A DNA stretch of 64,000 nt. Origin: Balanoglossus misakiensis. Taxonomy: Eukaryota > Animalia > Hemichordata. A model generated the notes under the pieces. It saw only the letters and a program-made list of their open reading frames with translations. It was not told where the DNA came from and did no database searches. The stretch covers positions 4,810,760-4,874,759 of the forward strand of contig CM082576.2 of NCBI GenBank assembly GCA_040954595.2, in the 5' to 3' direction. Made by a program: the position numbers and the translations under genes. Shown one piece after another: positions 1 to 14,000 of this stretch; the first letter of the stretch is position 1, and every line of letters begins with the position of its first letter.

Positions 1-517
1 GGAGCTGCCAACGAGATTATTATTAATGGTTTACTGTGGCAAATAGGCTATAGCTACCACCTGCAGCAATGGTAATTAACAAACTCCATTTGGTGATTTG
101 CAGCTCAGCGAGATTTATTCATATCCAGAACTATTGAATCTTCTCACCGTTATGGCAAATGACAGAGAATGGCACAATTCTCAACAAATAGGTACAATAG
201 AGACGTAAGATATGTGATCCCACTATCAAAATCTTTTTTTTTTCAAAAAATGTTCAGTACTGCCTCCTACACCAAAAAAAAGAATGACTCTTCATATAAT
301 TTATTGGCTGCATATTGAACCCAAAGAGGTACAAAGGCAAAACGCAAAACAATTCCATATTTCATCTGATATTAACTTTACGTTACACCTTTCCAACAAG
401 CTATAAATGTCAAAAAAAAATTGTGCCGGTAAAAGTTAACCTTCACCCTAAACTTTAAAGTTTGCAATTCGTCGCCATTGCATCTGAGGAGACAATCAGA
501 ATAAAATAAAACATTAC

Positions 518-645
518 CTGCAAGGCTGTTTGGGCTTTGGAGGAATTTTAAACGGTGATTTTAGAAATCCTGGCTTGCTCGGGTTGGCGATGAGTTGGAC
601 GATTTTCTCCCAGTCGTCTTCCATGATATTGTGTCTGGCTTCCAT
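518..645 (-). CDS. Probable first coding exon of an unidentified gene continuing off the left edge (MEARHNIMEDDWEKIVQLIANPSKPGFLKSPFKIPPKPKQPC...)
   Basis: ATG at 645 in good context (cccgtcATGG) with an upstream in-frame stop. 42 open codons end in a phase-2 donor CAG|GTAATG at 518/517. Acceptor (aattcAG|) at 688-687 and an upstream donor CAG|GTAGTG at 1008. No recognised homology. Confidence 0.4.
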
Positions 646-2943
646 GACGGGAGGACAATTTAGCTTCTTTCAGTGACGTACACCGCCTGAATTTCAAATT
701 TTAGCTATTGTGGATCTGCGACTGATATAACAAGGGTGTTGACATTTAAAAAAGGAGGATCATGCAGACAACCCGTTTTCTATCAGCAGTTATTACAGTC
801 AGGCTTCGGGTGTTTTGGAATGTGGGAGGACTCGGCTACAGTGAGGATACGCTCCTTCGGAGATACTGCAAACATTTCAACAGAATCCATAAACAGCTCG
901 GTGGTGGTCAGGTGATTGTAACTGTGACTTTCTTCAGGAGTGGTTAAAATGGAACAGGGGAAAAAGAACCAAAGTTTCTTCCAGTTCTGGTGGTGGTTGA
1001 TCACTACCTGAGTTAATTAACAGTCGGTGGAGATATTCCAAAAAGTTACGAATTGATCACACACTCGTGCCAGGATGTGGTTTCTCCTCCGTTGTCAAGC
1101 TGCGGGAAACACCACTGTATAAAACTCAGTCCGTGTACTTGTGTGTGCCCACTCTGCCAAAGAGTTGTTTAAAAGCTAAAAATCCAACGCCGGTATTAGT
1201 AGTACGCATTCAGACGCAGACGTAAAGACACATTTGAATGACAAAACACTACAGGTCCCGTCTCGGTCGAAACCATTGTGATGAATTGTAGGGGGGTGGG
1301 CTATATCATCATCAAAACGGCCTAAACGCGCCCCCTCAGATGCACGCAGCCACACTCATAAACCTGGAGGTCTTGTAGGCGCCCTTTGTAAATAGCTGGA
1401 ATTATCTGAAAGCTCTTTAAATACGAACAATCGTTTCGCTGTTAAGCTCCGACTGAACAAATGGTTGGCAGCGGCCAAAACCAGTCGGGCGTAAAGCGTT
1501 AGGAAGAAAACACTCTTCGGAAAGGGGTGGGAGGGCGAACGACAGCGACAGACTATGTAAAGATCCGTTTCATACACAGTAGTCACGCTGACACCACGGT
1601 GTTCACGTTGCGACTTTACACTGCAACAACCTTTGATGGATGAAACAGTACATTTAACTATTCTACAAAACAATATACCTTTCTAGTTTTCTACACATTT
1701 CCTGAATGAGAAAAACCATCAAGATTCCTGGGGTAATTACGTTCCACTTCATAAGATTTTATTTCCGTCGTCAATGCGCACCGTTATCCTGTCCGACATT
1801 GGGGTTTTTCTTCCGAAAAGACAGGCTTCCAGCATTGGGGTCTTTTCACTCTGTCAATCATTTTTTAACACCCATATCTGAGCTGGGCATATGATATCCA
1901 TTTGCAGATAAAGCTGAAACTGCTTAAGTTTAATGGAGTGGATAAAAGCGGCTTCCCACTAACCCTTTTATTGACTGCACTTGTAAATTGTCCCTTTGAT
2001 TTATTTCTATCAAGTGGGATTCAGTTCCATTTAAACTGAGAAAATAGTTCACCTAAGATTACACCAATCTAATCAGCATAGTCCTTCAAACAAGACTTTA
2101 AACTGGAAAAACCGCTAGTCTACCCTCAGTGAGCACGAATCTATGTACCATAATCTGAACAAAATTAAAGAAAACTGTCCTTCTAGCAGCTGAAGGCAAA
2201 TCGCATTGCATTTTAGCCATTTCCTTCCTTTCCACTGTATATACATGTAGACCAATCAAACCACAAGATAGAAAAGAAAAATCAGTGAAATCAAATTGTG
2301 TCACAGTGACAAGATTCATGTGAAGGACAAATGGCCTGTACAGGAGTCAGGGAGTCATGCAGGAGGACTGTTTGCGTTAGACATACATGTAGTAGTGATT
2401 ATTGACACCTTGGATGATGAAAACTGGAAGGGATTAAAAGAAATAGCTTCTCGCCCAATAAGTTGTCAGTGCAATTTTCTGTGCTGTTTGTCGTCTACAA
2501 ATAAATGTACATGACAGCTTTTGACAGGAGTTATATAATGGACCACAGAACAGGGAAAATAAATGTGGAACTGAAATGAATCAGACAGCCATATTCCAAA
2601 GATGTGATTTTTTAAATCAACATGTGACATGGAATTGTGAGTAGGAGGAAAACTGAGAAGAAACACCGACCATTGAATGAATGCCAAATTGCCAGGAAAT
2701 AGGATAAATAATGCTAAATGACGGCTAAATTGGGAATACTTTGAGGCTACTTCCTGACTGCGGTTATCAGCTGACTATATTGCTGAACAGTTTGAAGACT
2801 GACACACAAATTCACTCGTGCTGTGACTAAGTCTCTCTGGCTGTCTATGGAGATTATCTCTCTTTTTTTTGCCCAGAAGCAGATTCCTCATAAAAATTGA
2901 TGACATTGATTTACACAGTTAAATTAAAAAGTCTGCCAATAAA

Positions 2944-2987
2944 ATCATCATCATCATCATCATCACCACCACCACCACCACCACCAT
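2944..2987. repeat. Compound (CAT)n(CAC)n microsatellite
   Basis: atcatcatcatc...caccaccaccacc read directly. Confidence 0.9.
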
Positions 2988-3437
2988 CTGACCATGCACC
3001 AACACCATCCTAGAAATCATTTTGTCTTGAACCAGATATTCTCCAAAGCAATGCTTTTCAGAAGCAAAAAAATTCTAAAACTGTGGCTGTGTTAATGTAC
3101 TATGTTTGTCAGGCATATGAAGTGAAGCATGTCAAATCACTTCATTGAAATGGCTTTCATGAATTTCTGGATGAAAAGAACATAAGTGATAATAGTGTAC
3201 CAAATCTGATTTACATGCAAATCTCATCGGTTCAAAAAATGGCTAAGTTCTCCACTAATTGTATGCTTTTCATTTTGGATGGTATTAAAGCCACAGTATT
3301 TCTCGTAGGGGCAAAATTTTGTTTGAAACGGCATCTATAATTTCTAAAAGTAGATGATAATTGATACTGAATCGAACAGTCATCATCCCCAGCTCTGCTG
3401 ATAAACTCATACAATTTACAATATAACGAGTGAAGAA

Positions 3438-3511
3438 TGACTTTCTGTCCGGACAGAAAGTCACGTGAGTCAGGCTAATGTTGACACACGTGACTAGTGC
3501 GCATGCGCACT
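3438..3511. promoter_or_regulatory. Perfect 26-bp palindrome followed by two CACGTG E-boxes and an NRF1-type TGCGCATGCGCA motif
   Basis: tgactttctgtcc|ggacagaaagtca (3438-3463), gtcacgtgag, acacgtgact, tgcgcatgcgca; a CpG-rich segment follows to about 3900. Could be a promoter or a repeat end. Confidence 0.35.
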
Positions 3512-6500
3512 CAAATGTGAATCTATGCGGAAGAGGTTTGGTCGCCCCAAATCAAGCGACTCAGCGAAGAAATGCGCACTAATTCGGCGAAATTTTGGGA
3601 AGATAACTTTATGGGAGAAATCAGTCGATTGAACCAGATCAAATCCGAAAATGGTCTGACCATCAAAATGTCAAAGTGGCACGTTTGCTGATCGACATGT
3701 ACAACATTTCCGTTGTAAACAAACCCGCGCATCATTTCAAGTGTTACGGGCGATATTTTCGGCTTGCATGTAGCTACAATTGCCCAAACCTTTCTTACAT
3801 CTTCATTATATAGTATTCCATGATGGATGTACTGGAAAAACGGGCTTTTTTCGATGATGAAAAATGGATGCACACGAGAAATACTGGGGCTTTAAGAATA
3901 TCTTTACTGATTGAGGTATGTAAATTTAAAGAATAAGTAATGATCTGTGAAAATGGAAAAGAGTATTCCGGTCATTAGCTGTTAAATTGAAGCGTTTCAG
4001 TTAAGCATACATACAAAAGTGCCGTTAAATTGGAACATGCCCTATATAAATATTGATGGACATGGCCTATATTCATGAAATAATGGGAACACTTTCTGTT
4101 TGACCAAACAAGCCTTGGTCAGAAATGTGCCAGTTTGGATCAAATATGCTCTGAAATTCAGTGTATTCTTGATATTACCCTGATATCATGAAATTATTGT
4201 GAACACGTGCAATTTGTTGGCATGTGCTGTTGCATCTTATAAAGTCATTATTCCACTTTTTTTCTGAAATCCACAATGACAGACAGTCACTAATAGGGCA
4301 TGTTGTGTCAGCAAGCATCAGATTTCCTCATGGAGGTTTGAAATCCCAGTTCGGACTGCCGAGTGACGTGAAGTAGACCTTTTTTTCAGATGAGACAGAC
4401 CTGACAGACATGACTATTAAAATCAGATAATCCAATACTTTCCGCAGAGAGTAACAGGTTGTGTCAGGTCCAAATGTCAGCTATATACTCCAGGAGATTC
4501 CCTGTCCTTCAAAATTGTCATCTCTAAACCGTACGTACTTAGTATATACACAGAGTATTCACACATGCACAATGTACGTCAAATACACACAATGTACAAC
4601 ACAGACAAACCAACTCAATTAACAAAATTTCTTTCTAGTAGTGATTAAGGCGACATCTGATGAACGGCCAACATTTTTGGCTCTATACTGTATAAAATAG
4701 TTGTCATTATTGATCGGTACATTTCATTCGACATTCCATCCACGTCAACACATTTTAGTCACAAAACAGTGAGGTTATACATGTAATGGCTGCCCTTTAC
4801 GTGATCACCGAACTAATATCTCCTTTCCATATTTGACATTTATTCATCTCGAAGCAAAGACTGTTGTTACTTTAGATCACATCTGCTACCAGAGAACGAG
4901 ATACCTCTGGAAAAAAATTACATAGCCGGCCTTTTTTTCCATTATGCGGAATGCAATCTAAACGTGGTGGCAGCTAGCATCCAGCAGTTCGAACTCATCA
5001 CTGCTGCCATGACAACCATTCACAAGATTTCAGAAAATGCGATTTATTCAAGAAGATTTTTCATATTGATACACTGAAGAAAGCTACGCAGATAAAATCT
5101 GTCCAGCTATAATGAAACTGGCAGCTTTTCAAATCCGTTGAAAAAGAAGGAAAGTGGTCATCATGCTGGATACCTTTGTACGATTTTTTTTCTAATATGA
5201 ATCCTAGGGTTTCAAGAGAAGCACTTCAGATTTTCAGCTGTCAATCACAAAACAAACAAAGCACCATGGTTCCATTTTGAATTGATTATTTCCTCAAAAC
5301 TGAGATTCAAACCTGGTTTTTATCATCACATTCATATTTTATAAGATTGTTTTTGTCATTTGAAACAAATTTGTGACTTTAATTCAAAAATCATTCAACA
5401 TTCAAGATTGCTGTGAGACAGTGATTGTACAGAAATCAGATCAGCTCTTAAGTTGGTGAAAAATTTTTCTTTTGCCACCTTCTGTCACATTCATCCAAGA
5501 AATCACCCGCTCGTGTTTGTCATTGTGTGTGACATCCAGTTTTATGTCCACAGAGAAATGAAACTGCTGGAGAAAGCATGTGATTGACACCAACAATATT
5601 AACTGTAGTGGGTCTGTAAACTTTTAAGAGTCCTCCCTAACAGTATCTGTCCCATTTAACTACATGACCTCATATATTCCAATCACAATATTTTTAATAG
5701 TTTAAGGTTTTGTACAGGATATGCAAGTCAGCAGTACAAGGGAAGACGACTCTGTTAAACTGTCCCGTAGAAGGAAGTAATATTGTAACTGATACCTCCA
5801 GGAGTCCCAGACATCCTGGTATATGTTACATTTCATTGCCCTGAAGAATTGCGTGGTTTGCTTGGGCTAAACTAACAACAAATTGGAAAAACTATGCCAG
5901 TGTAACATTGACAGGGTTCACGGCAGGTCATTGCACATACAAACAGAGGTGATCACTGTGTAAAAGGCCCCTTGCCTCGTGGTTTGGGAATCCATACAAA
6001 TACTGCAAGCTACTGAAGGACTGCCTGATTTTAAAATACAGCTAGGGTTACTCTAAAAGGACTGTATTGTCAGAAATGAGACAGATATAAAGGTTTTCCT
6101 TGTTATTTTTTCTATTTATCAGAACATGTCTTTGGTATAGATATGACGTCATGTTATTCCAAATTTTGCGTATTCTGTATTTACATTTTTTTAAAACTGT
6201 CACGTTTATGTAACCATTAAAAGCTTAGGGTTGCCAGGATTAAAATTGTGTAGGTCGGGTTATCGGAACCATACAATTTTGTTTCATTGGCCTAATGAAT
6301 ACAATGCTGTTTATTAGTGACACAGACAAAGCAAAACATCCAAGTTGCGTGACAAGCAGGATCGATGCACATCTGTCATGTTGCATTTTTTCTCCAAAAT
6401 AATTTGATTTTAATGTGTGCTTTCAACCAAAACAAATATTGGATCAATAAAAAGTAATGAAAACATCAGAATTAAATTTAAATTAAACACACATATCGAA

Positions 6501-6988
6501 TACTGACTTTCAAAGGAACATCAGCACTTAAGGTAATGAAAAGAAAATACTGAAATTTTACTTTGTGCAAAAATGTACTATATTAATATTGCTGTGAAAT
6601 TTATGATAAATGAATAAGCCTTGTTTTTGTTCATGCCAGTTTTATTGGAGGACTTACATACATGTACCACTATATAAGGTTTTGGATCTGATACCTTCAA
6701 AATAGCAAAAAATTACCCCTAACAGCTTTATTTCTTTAATTTATCCAAAGCTTAATATTAATGAATTAGCTGATTTTTCAATAGGCAAAAGTAGACTATT
6801 GCTATTTTTCTTTATGTGTGAAAGAGAACGAGAAAGCCAATGATGACAACATAACCGGTAATAGAAAATTTCTGTTCACACCAAGAAAAATTTATTGTAG
6901 AAAGAGACTTTATCAGAAAGTTGATGATAAATGATAACAGAAAGCAGTGATGTACTTCATGTCTGCCGCTGCATTTCTGAGTTGTGCG

Positions 6989-7002
6989 GTTGTCATGGCG
7001 AC
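6989..7002. promoter_or_regulatory. RFX X-box-like motif GTTGTCATGGCGAC
   Basis: Close match to the X-box consensus GTTNCCATGGNAAC; a similar site GCTGCCATGACAAC lies at 5003-5016. Confidence 0.3.
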
Positions 7003-10000
7003 ATCACTCTCACATCAGCAGGGTGCCAATGCAGCAGGCCCTTGAGAATGGGAAGGTGGTGTCGTCACTGGAAAAAGACACTTTCAAGACATTCCTCTGA
7101 GAGAAGAGAGCTGTGAAAATCCAGCCTATCACCACGATATCACACCGGCTTTCTCTCAAATATGCATCAGACTGAGCGCAAGTTTTGTACTCCCCGAGAA
7201 ACTGAATTACCATGACACTTGAAGCGATTTTACTGCAGTGGGCTTTATACCTACGTCGCCGACCACTTTCAACGTCACACTTGCACTTCTGTGATTTCCT
7301 GCACAAGGTCCCACTTGGAACTACAATGGGGGAAATTCGCAAATTGACGGAGCTTTCAGTATTCAATGATATGAACTACAAAGAGACGAGGTCAGGGGGT
7401 ACATTTATTGCTCATATTGCAAATACTGTAGCAAGTGTGTAAACAACATGGGAAGACACATAAAACATAATGATTTATGCCAAAAATTATAACTTGGACA
7501 GATTTCATCCATGGTATATCACAAATACTTTTTAGCACTGTCATCTTATATTGCCTTGACCATTCAGATTTGCATCTTCAATATAATAAAGGATTGACCA
7601 GAAGAGATTTCTCTCAAGTCTAGTGAAGACGAGTACGGAAATTAAACAGACACTCCATAGATACTTGTTGAATGGACTCCAACTCCAAGGACCCTATTGA
7701 CAATCTGATTTGTTAGACGTGACATTGCACCATGAACCGACCAAAAGAATTCCGAGAAATACATCAATTCTTTCAATGGAACAGAAGATGATCCATCTAG
7801 TTGATTGGCAGTCTTGTCTTCTCTGAGGGCCATCTGTATCAATCAGCCACACATTTTGCGTTTCGACTTCAATGCTTTCTACAAATCAGACTTCAGCCAT
7901 AAGGGTTTTGTCACTTACATGCTGGCAATGAACCACACTGGTATTTTCACAAGTTTGTCTTAATTTCAGCATTTATAACGTGTTGCATTGGCTGTCAAGA
8001 ATTCAATTATTTAAAAAAAATAAAGATGATTTAAAAACAGTGATATGCAATGATGTTTGACTTCATGATGATCTATGAAAGCCACTTGATTGGTACACAT
8101 CAAAGCCAGATATGATGCACCAGGTGTAAGTCACTCTCATGGCCAATTCTAACGCAGATCAACCACACAACTTGGAGGTCAGGTACCGGGGATTGTAATC
8201 ACTCTCAGCTCACGACATTTGGTGAAATGATCTTGTTGGATGACACTGAACAGCTGCGGCTGACACTCGTTCCCAGATGCAGGTATATAACCATCAAAGG
8301 CAATCATTACAGCGGTATCACGCAGCTGACATCAAAACCACTGTGTCTGTGGTAGGGAGATCTACATCATAAGGTCAACATAGATGATAGAAATCCTGTT
8401 TTTTTTATATACAGTGATACATTTCTTGCCGACTTGGCTGTTGGCATGTGAAGTTATCCAGTCAAAATTTGATGATGTGAGAAAAGTGAAAATTCGTATC
8501 ATGCAAATTTTGTATGATAGTTTCAAGGGCATTTTGACATTTTGTACGACGTAATAACAAGTGTTTTCTGTGTGGGATTTGTGAAATACTACAGTAATGG
8601 ATCCTTTTGGGAAGATGTGTTTTAAACACTCACAAATACGGCTTTTAATGCTTACACGAACATGTCAATCATTAGGAAATGTACAGGTACACCATGAATT
8701 TCACCTGTAACAATTAACATACAAGATGTTATTTCCTGTAAACACTTGGACTTTTCAAGAGTTCCTCCCCCACACTTCCTTCCGAGAAGATGACGTAAAA
8801 GATGCGAAAACCATTACGGAGGCAGAAATTTCAACAGTATGTCATTAATAACCTGTAGTTTATTCTATAAACAAAGGAATATAAAAATGCTGCTCTATAG
8901 ATAGCTAGACCAAGATATCACACTGCTGCTTGCATTAAAGAATATTCGTATCTGACACCGTAGGATTATCTAACAGATACGGAAAAGATTTGTTCACACT
9001 GTGACCAAGTTGCCAGCTAGAGTACACGATGCTTGATTGATTCTGCCCAATCGCATGCCAATGAATCTTCTCAGCAGCTTGTGACTGTAGCAACCTCTTG
9101 AAGTCAATCACAGCATCTGGTCATTTGCCACCACAGGGCTAATTACGTGTTGCATTTCATACTACCCCTCCTTAACTACATGTATAACCTTATACGCAAT
9201 AACAAGAAAAACACTTATCCATGGTCATATATGTCACACCAGGCCAATGACATTTTAAAAACATACCTGATTCAAATGCTGAAATGGTATACATGGGGAA
9301 ATAGGTAACATACAGTAGACAAGTGGCTGGAAACTTTTGAATTTCGAGCAAAGGATAAAAGAGTCTATTGAAGAGACGGCAGGATGTGATGAGATATGGG
9401 TACTGGTAACAGATTCAGCAGTGCTTGATAACAGGAGTTTAAGTTCCACCGGTATCATACAGTTTAATTTTAATGACGGACGGAACATGCGAAAGACAAT
9501 AAACTGGTTCTAATGAGATAGGGATAACACTGTACCTTGTAAAAAAACTTTAACTGCTGGGGAAGACAAGTCCATAAAACGTGAGTATTGGAAGATGGAA
9601 AATCCTGAACATTGGGAGGTCAGGGTGATCTCCATTTGATAATTGGATGCAGGGAACTTAAATGACAAAATTGGAAATCATTCCATTTTTAATGAGAGAA
9701 AAAAAACTAAAAGTATCAAAATCTATGAATTTTATATCGTTTCAATTTCAATGCAAGCACCCCAGAGACAAGATAATTGGCAACTGAATAGCTGTAAAAC
9801 ATGACGGACAGCTGGGCACACAGCAATGGTGATATATCTTTCACATCATCATGTCATTCGTACGTATTCGCACACCTGTCTAAATTGCAACAGATTTGAT
9901 GGCATGCAGAATTTAACAGCTTATTTCTGAGTGTACACATGAATGTCATACAAATAAGATACTTCCATTTTTGAAATGCAATTCGAAGGGTCACTGAGGT

Positions 10001-10749
10001 CAAAAAAATTATGTTTAATCAGTAAAAACGTACGTGTTCTTTTCATTATGGCATGTTGAGTCAGCTATGACTGTCTTTGATCTGAACAGAATTGCATGTA
10101 CCGGGGTATGTGGCAAAAAGTTTAAAACTGAAGGAAACTGAGATGTGGACAGTGGCATGATTTTCCAGGAGGGAGTTTCAGCTATGCACACTAAGGTCTG
10201 ATATGCCAGTCTCTGTGTGATACTCAGCCGGAGGCAGTTGCTGGGAACAACAACATCGACCTACATGTATGTGCGCATGCATACAGCTACAGACCTTGAT
10301 AGCCATTTCTTGGAAAAAGATCAAAAAGCTTTTGAAGGGGCAAGAACGTACGGCATATAGCCTTGGCTGAACCGATCAATCATGACTTGACTGCAGGGCG
10401 TTAGGAGTGTACCTGTTTCCCAGCTGCGGGAGAAGTTGTGTGTGGCTGAAACCGATGCTCGCAATTCACAGTATCCACTTACTAATTGGTGGTAAAGTTG
10501 CCCTATGCTTGGACATCAATAAACATTACAAGTCAGGGCGTGCAATACGATAGCGTTCACAAATCACTAGTATCGCGTCTACTATTGGAAGTGTGTGCGT
10601 AACCACGGGGATGAAGTAGTTCCATTTACACTGACTGATGGATGCATAACAACCAAGGAAGTGACAAAGTTAAATACATGTAGAGAAACAAGATGTAATT
10701 TTACAGCAAGGGTTACCTCTTGTATGTTCGGTTGTACGTGATACAACAT

Positions 10750-10820
10750 GTGCCATGCTCATCAACCCTTTGGCAAGATCTACACCTATGGCCTATGGCA
10801 TATAGGCCACAATTGCAAAA
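10750..10820 (+). repeat. Copy 1 of a 64-bp dispersed direct repeat (carries an extra internal 7-bp cctatgg duplication)
   Basis: gtgccatgctcatcaaccctttggcaagatctacacctatgg(cctatgg)catataggccacaattgcaaaa, otherwise identical to 20241-20304. Confidence 0.85.
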
Positions 10821-11032
10821 CAGCAATTTAAGATTACACACACCATCCCCTTGTAGAGGAAATGTTTGACTCTGAAATGGGGTTAATGGCAGAGCACACA
10901 GATTTTAACCACTTTATTAGTTTAGTTGAGAAAACAAGGCCCTCTCTCTAAGGGCAAGGTACGCTGCCTCTGAAACGTACTTCCACACAGCTAATAGAAC
11001 ATATGTCAAATTATCAGGTGTTTCACAGCAGA

Positions 11033-14000
11033 TAGGGAGGCCAAAGTGGAGTATGCAACAATTATGAATTTTAGAATCAAATAAAAAAATAAAATGTGTA
11101 ATTTGAAACTCTTTCTTCATTTATTTTACAAACATATATACTTTTGGTTATTTCTTTAAAATTTCAAGTTATAATCTGCATTGGAAGTGCGTATTTTGCC
11201 CATCCAAAAATGCCAGAAATCACCATTTCACTCCCACTTACGCGAGCTGCAGATTTTCTATGTCAAGCAAGGACGCCCTCATCGACCAGTTTTTAATACA
11301 CACTAAACTAGGCCGTTCAGCTGGTCACGTATGCTGTACAATGGCGTTTTGGATTGGCCACAAGATGCCGTAGCGCAAAGATAAATTCACCGCTATAAGC
11401 CAATCAGTGCTCATTTAAGATAGTACTTGTTCTCATCTTGCCAATGATGTAAGTAATACAAGATCTATTGAGAAACACGTCAGCGATCGAGGTATGTAAT
11501 GTTTGCATAGTTTTTGACTCATTTTTAGCTCGTGTATTGGAGTAATATCGACGGTTACTATACTTGGTTGTAAAATATAGCTATTTCTGTACCTTTCAGC
11601 CAGGTTTTCTGTCATTTAGGCCAAAAATGTTCGTGCGGTTCCCATTGAATGAAAAGTTGACAGGTGCTAGCCGTGAGCGGTACAAGCCAAAATGGCGTCC
11701 GTCGCCAAGTCTGTCTCTGATACAACGGGGAGTTACGCATAACTCCATAAAGTACGTAGAATTTCACACAGTAAATTTTGACTAACACATGTTTGAGATA
11801 GTTTTATCAGTAATCATAGTGACAGAGTATACAATTTTGACAGTTAAACATCTTTTGTTATGGGCGATAAGACTGTACGATGTGTACATAGCTCTTATGC
11901 AGCATGTACATAAGTACAGTTTTAAATCATCAAATACTTTTTCGTTTGCGCTCTGGTTTATTGGCGAGGTAACGAGCATGTGTTAGCCTCATCAGACACA
12001 GAAATATTTCAATTTTCATATTTTTTTTTATATATTTGATAATAGTCATTTCCTTTTTATTTTAGTGTTCTGTTTAATTACTAACACCTGTGACCAGGTA
12101 TGCCAGATGCTTGTAACAACACATGTTGTTTAAGTAAGTTTACCAACTTTTTGTTTCTTTATGTTATTAAACAATTTTATTTTTAAATTTATTATAATCA
12201 ACCTGCCAATTGCTAGCTTTTCCTATAATGTTTTTTTTTTAATCTGAAAGATCTGTTTATACTGGAGCAAGCCAGATTATCACTGATTAGATAGAGATGT
12301 TAAATAAAATCAATTTCATGATTTTGTTAGGCCAGAAATTTATTTATGATTTATCTTGTCTCATTCTGAAATTTAGATTATTAATGTCAGTCACGTTTTT
12401 GTCTTTCAGCTTCTGTTATTTTCCAGGCCATGTCACATGCTGTGTCAAGGCAGGAGAGCCTCTTAAGAAAGTAGACTTACTTGAGCTAGACTATGCCTGT
12501 GATAAGTTCAGTGTGGTTTTACACCGCAGAAAGTATGAACTTTTGCTCAGTTGTTTACAGACTTACTCAAACATAGAGACAGCACAGAGGACAGAGTTGC
12601 AGCTCAGAGCCATTGTACAAAGATTGAAGATAAATTTCAACAAACTTGTGGATGCTTACAATAAATCACGCTCAACAAGACGTGCTCCAGTTCTTTTTGA
12701 AAAACTTCAATGCTTTCTGGGCGAACCGTTTTTGTGGCCAAAACGTACAACAAAAGAACTTGATATCACTGACACTGTATGCGATGCTGTAAATAAAGAA
12801 GAATATGAAATGCCAAACTCGAGCATGCCACCTCCACCAACATATGATGAGGTGATCAAAATGGACCTGGAACGTGGAAGGCCTGCTTGCATGATAGGAT
12901 CCCCACCGCCCTACTCTGATGCTCCTGGTGTTCTTCTTTCTAACAGTAGTGGCTCAAAGTTTGACACACTTAATAGATCACACCATCGTAGTGGCTTGAG
13001 CTATAGTAATTCACCAGAAAAACAACAGTTGAAACTTGAAAAAAAGAAGCTAGAACGCAAGCTGTGTGCAACAAAAAAACGACTTATAGCAAGTGAGTCT
13101 GAACTTGCACAGTCGAGCAGAGTAATTGGTGTCAGGAGTAAGCAGCTACTGAGAGACAGAGATATAGCATTGGACACTGTTGAAACAGAAAAAAAGAAAG
13201 CTGCTGCAGTGAAAGAAGAAGCACAGAAGGAAATCATGAAGTCAAAGGAGAGGGCTGAAAGACAGATACTGAACATACAAAGCCAAAGTGAAAATCAACT
13301 GAGAGACATGCAGCATACCATGAATGAAATTCACAAGAAACTACAACAACAGGCAGACGAGAGTGAACAGGTTATTACAGAATGCAGAGACAGGATCAGT
13401 GACATGAGAGATAAATTTGATGCATCAGTTAAAAGTGCTGTAAAAGAAATAGCCGAAGAAAGAAATCAGTGGAAGGCTGCCACAGAGACACTTCTTGACT
13501 TGGCTGATAACAGAGAAGAGCAAACACGGAAAATGACAAAGAAAGTACAGAGATATGATGCTTTGGTGAAGGAAAAGCGTGTCCTGAATTTGAAATTAAT
13601 AAAAAAAGATCAACATATAACAAATCTCAAGACGCGTATAGCAGAAGCAATGGATGACATTGAAAATTGTAAAGATGCAGCAGCTGTATTCTATGACGGT
13701 ATAATTGCTGAATTAAGTGAACAAATGAAAGAAAAGGAAAACAATGAGGCCGAGCTACAGAAGAGGATAATGGAACTGACTAGTTTAGAAACACGAGAGA
13801 GGGGTTCCCTGTACAAGACTGAAATAAGACTCACATATTATCATCTCCTAACATTGGGTGTTAGTGCAAACAACATTGAACCAGTCATTCGTGCAGTGCT
13901 AGATAACCTTTCCCCTGTTGATATGAAGAATGTCAAACTACCAAAGAGATCTACTGCTCAACGCATGAGGGTAGAAGCTGGTGTTCTTGCAACGGTGAGG

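Noticed and set aside
6226-6295. Sequence resembling a MITE terminus (gtaggtcgggttatcggaacc...ttggccta)
   Set aside because: No matching opposite end or TSD found in the window
10770-10806. ggcaagat resembling the miR-31 seed within the 64-bp repeat
   Set aside because: The rest of the mature miRNA does not match and no pre-miRNA-length hairpin forms
11693-11743. ATGGCG start as first coding exon of the transposase
   Set aside because: The frame closes after 16 codons before any convincing donor; it may simply be a YY1-type motif or a uORF
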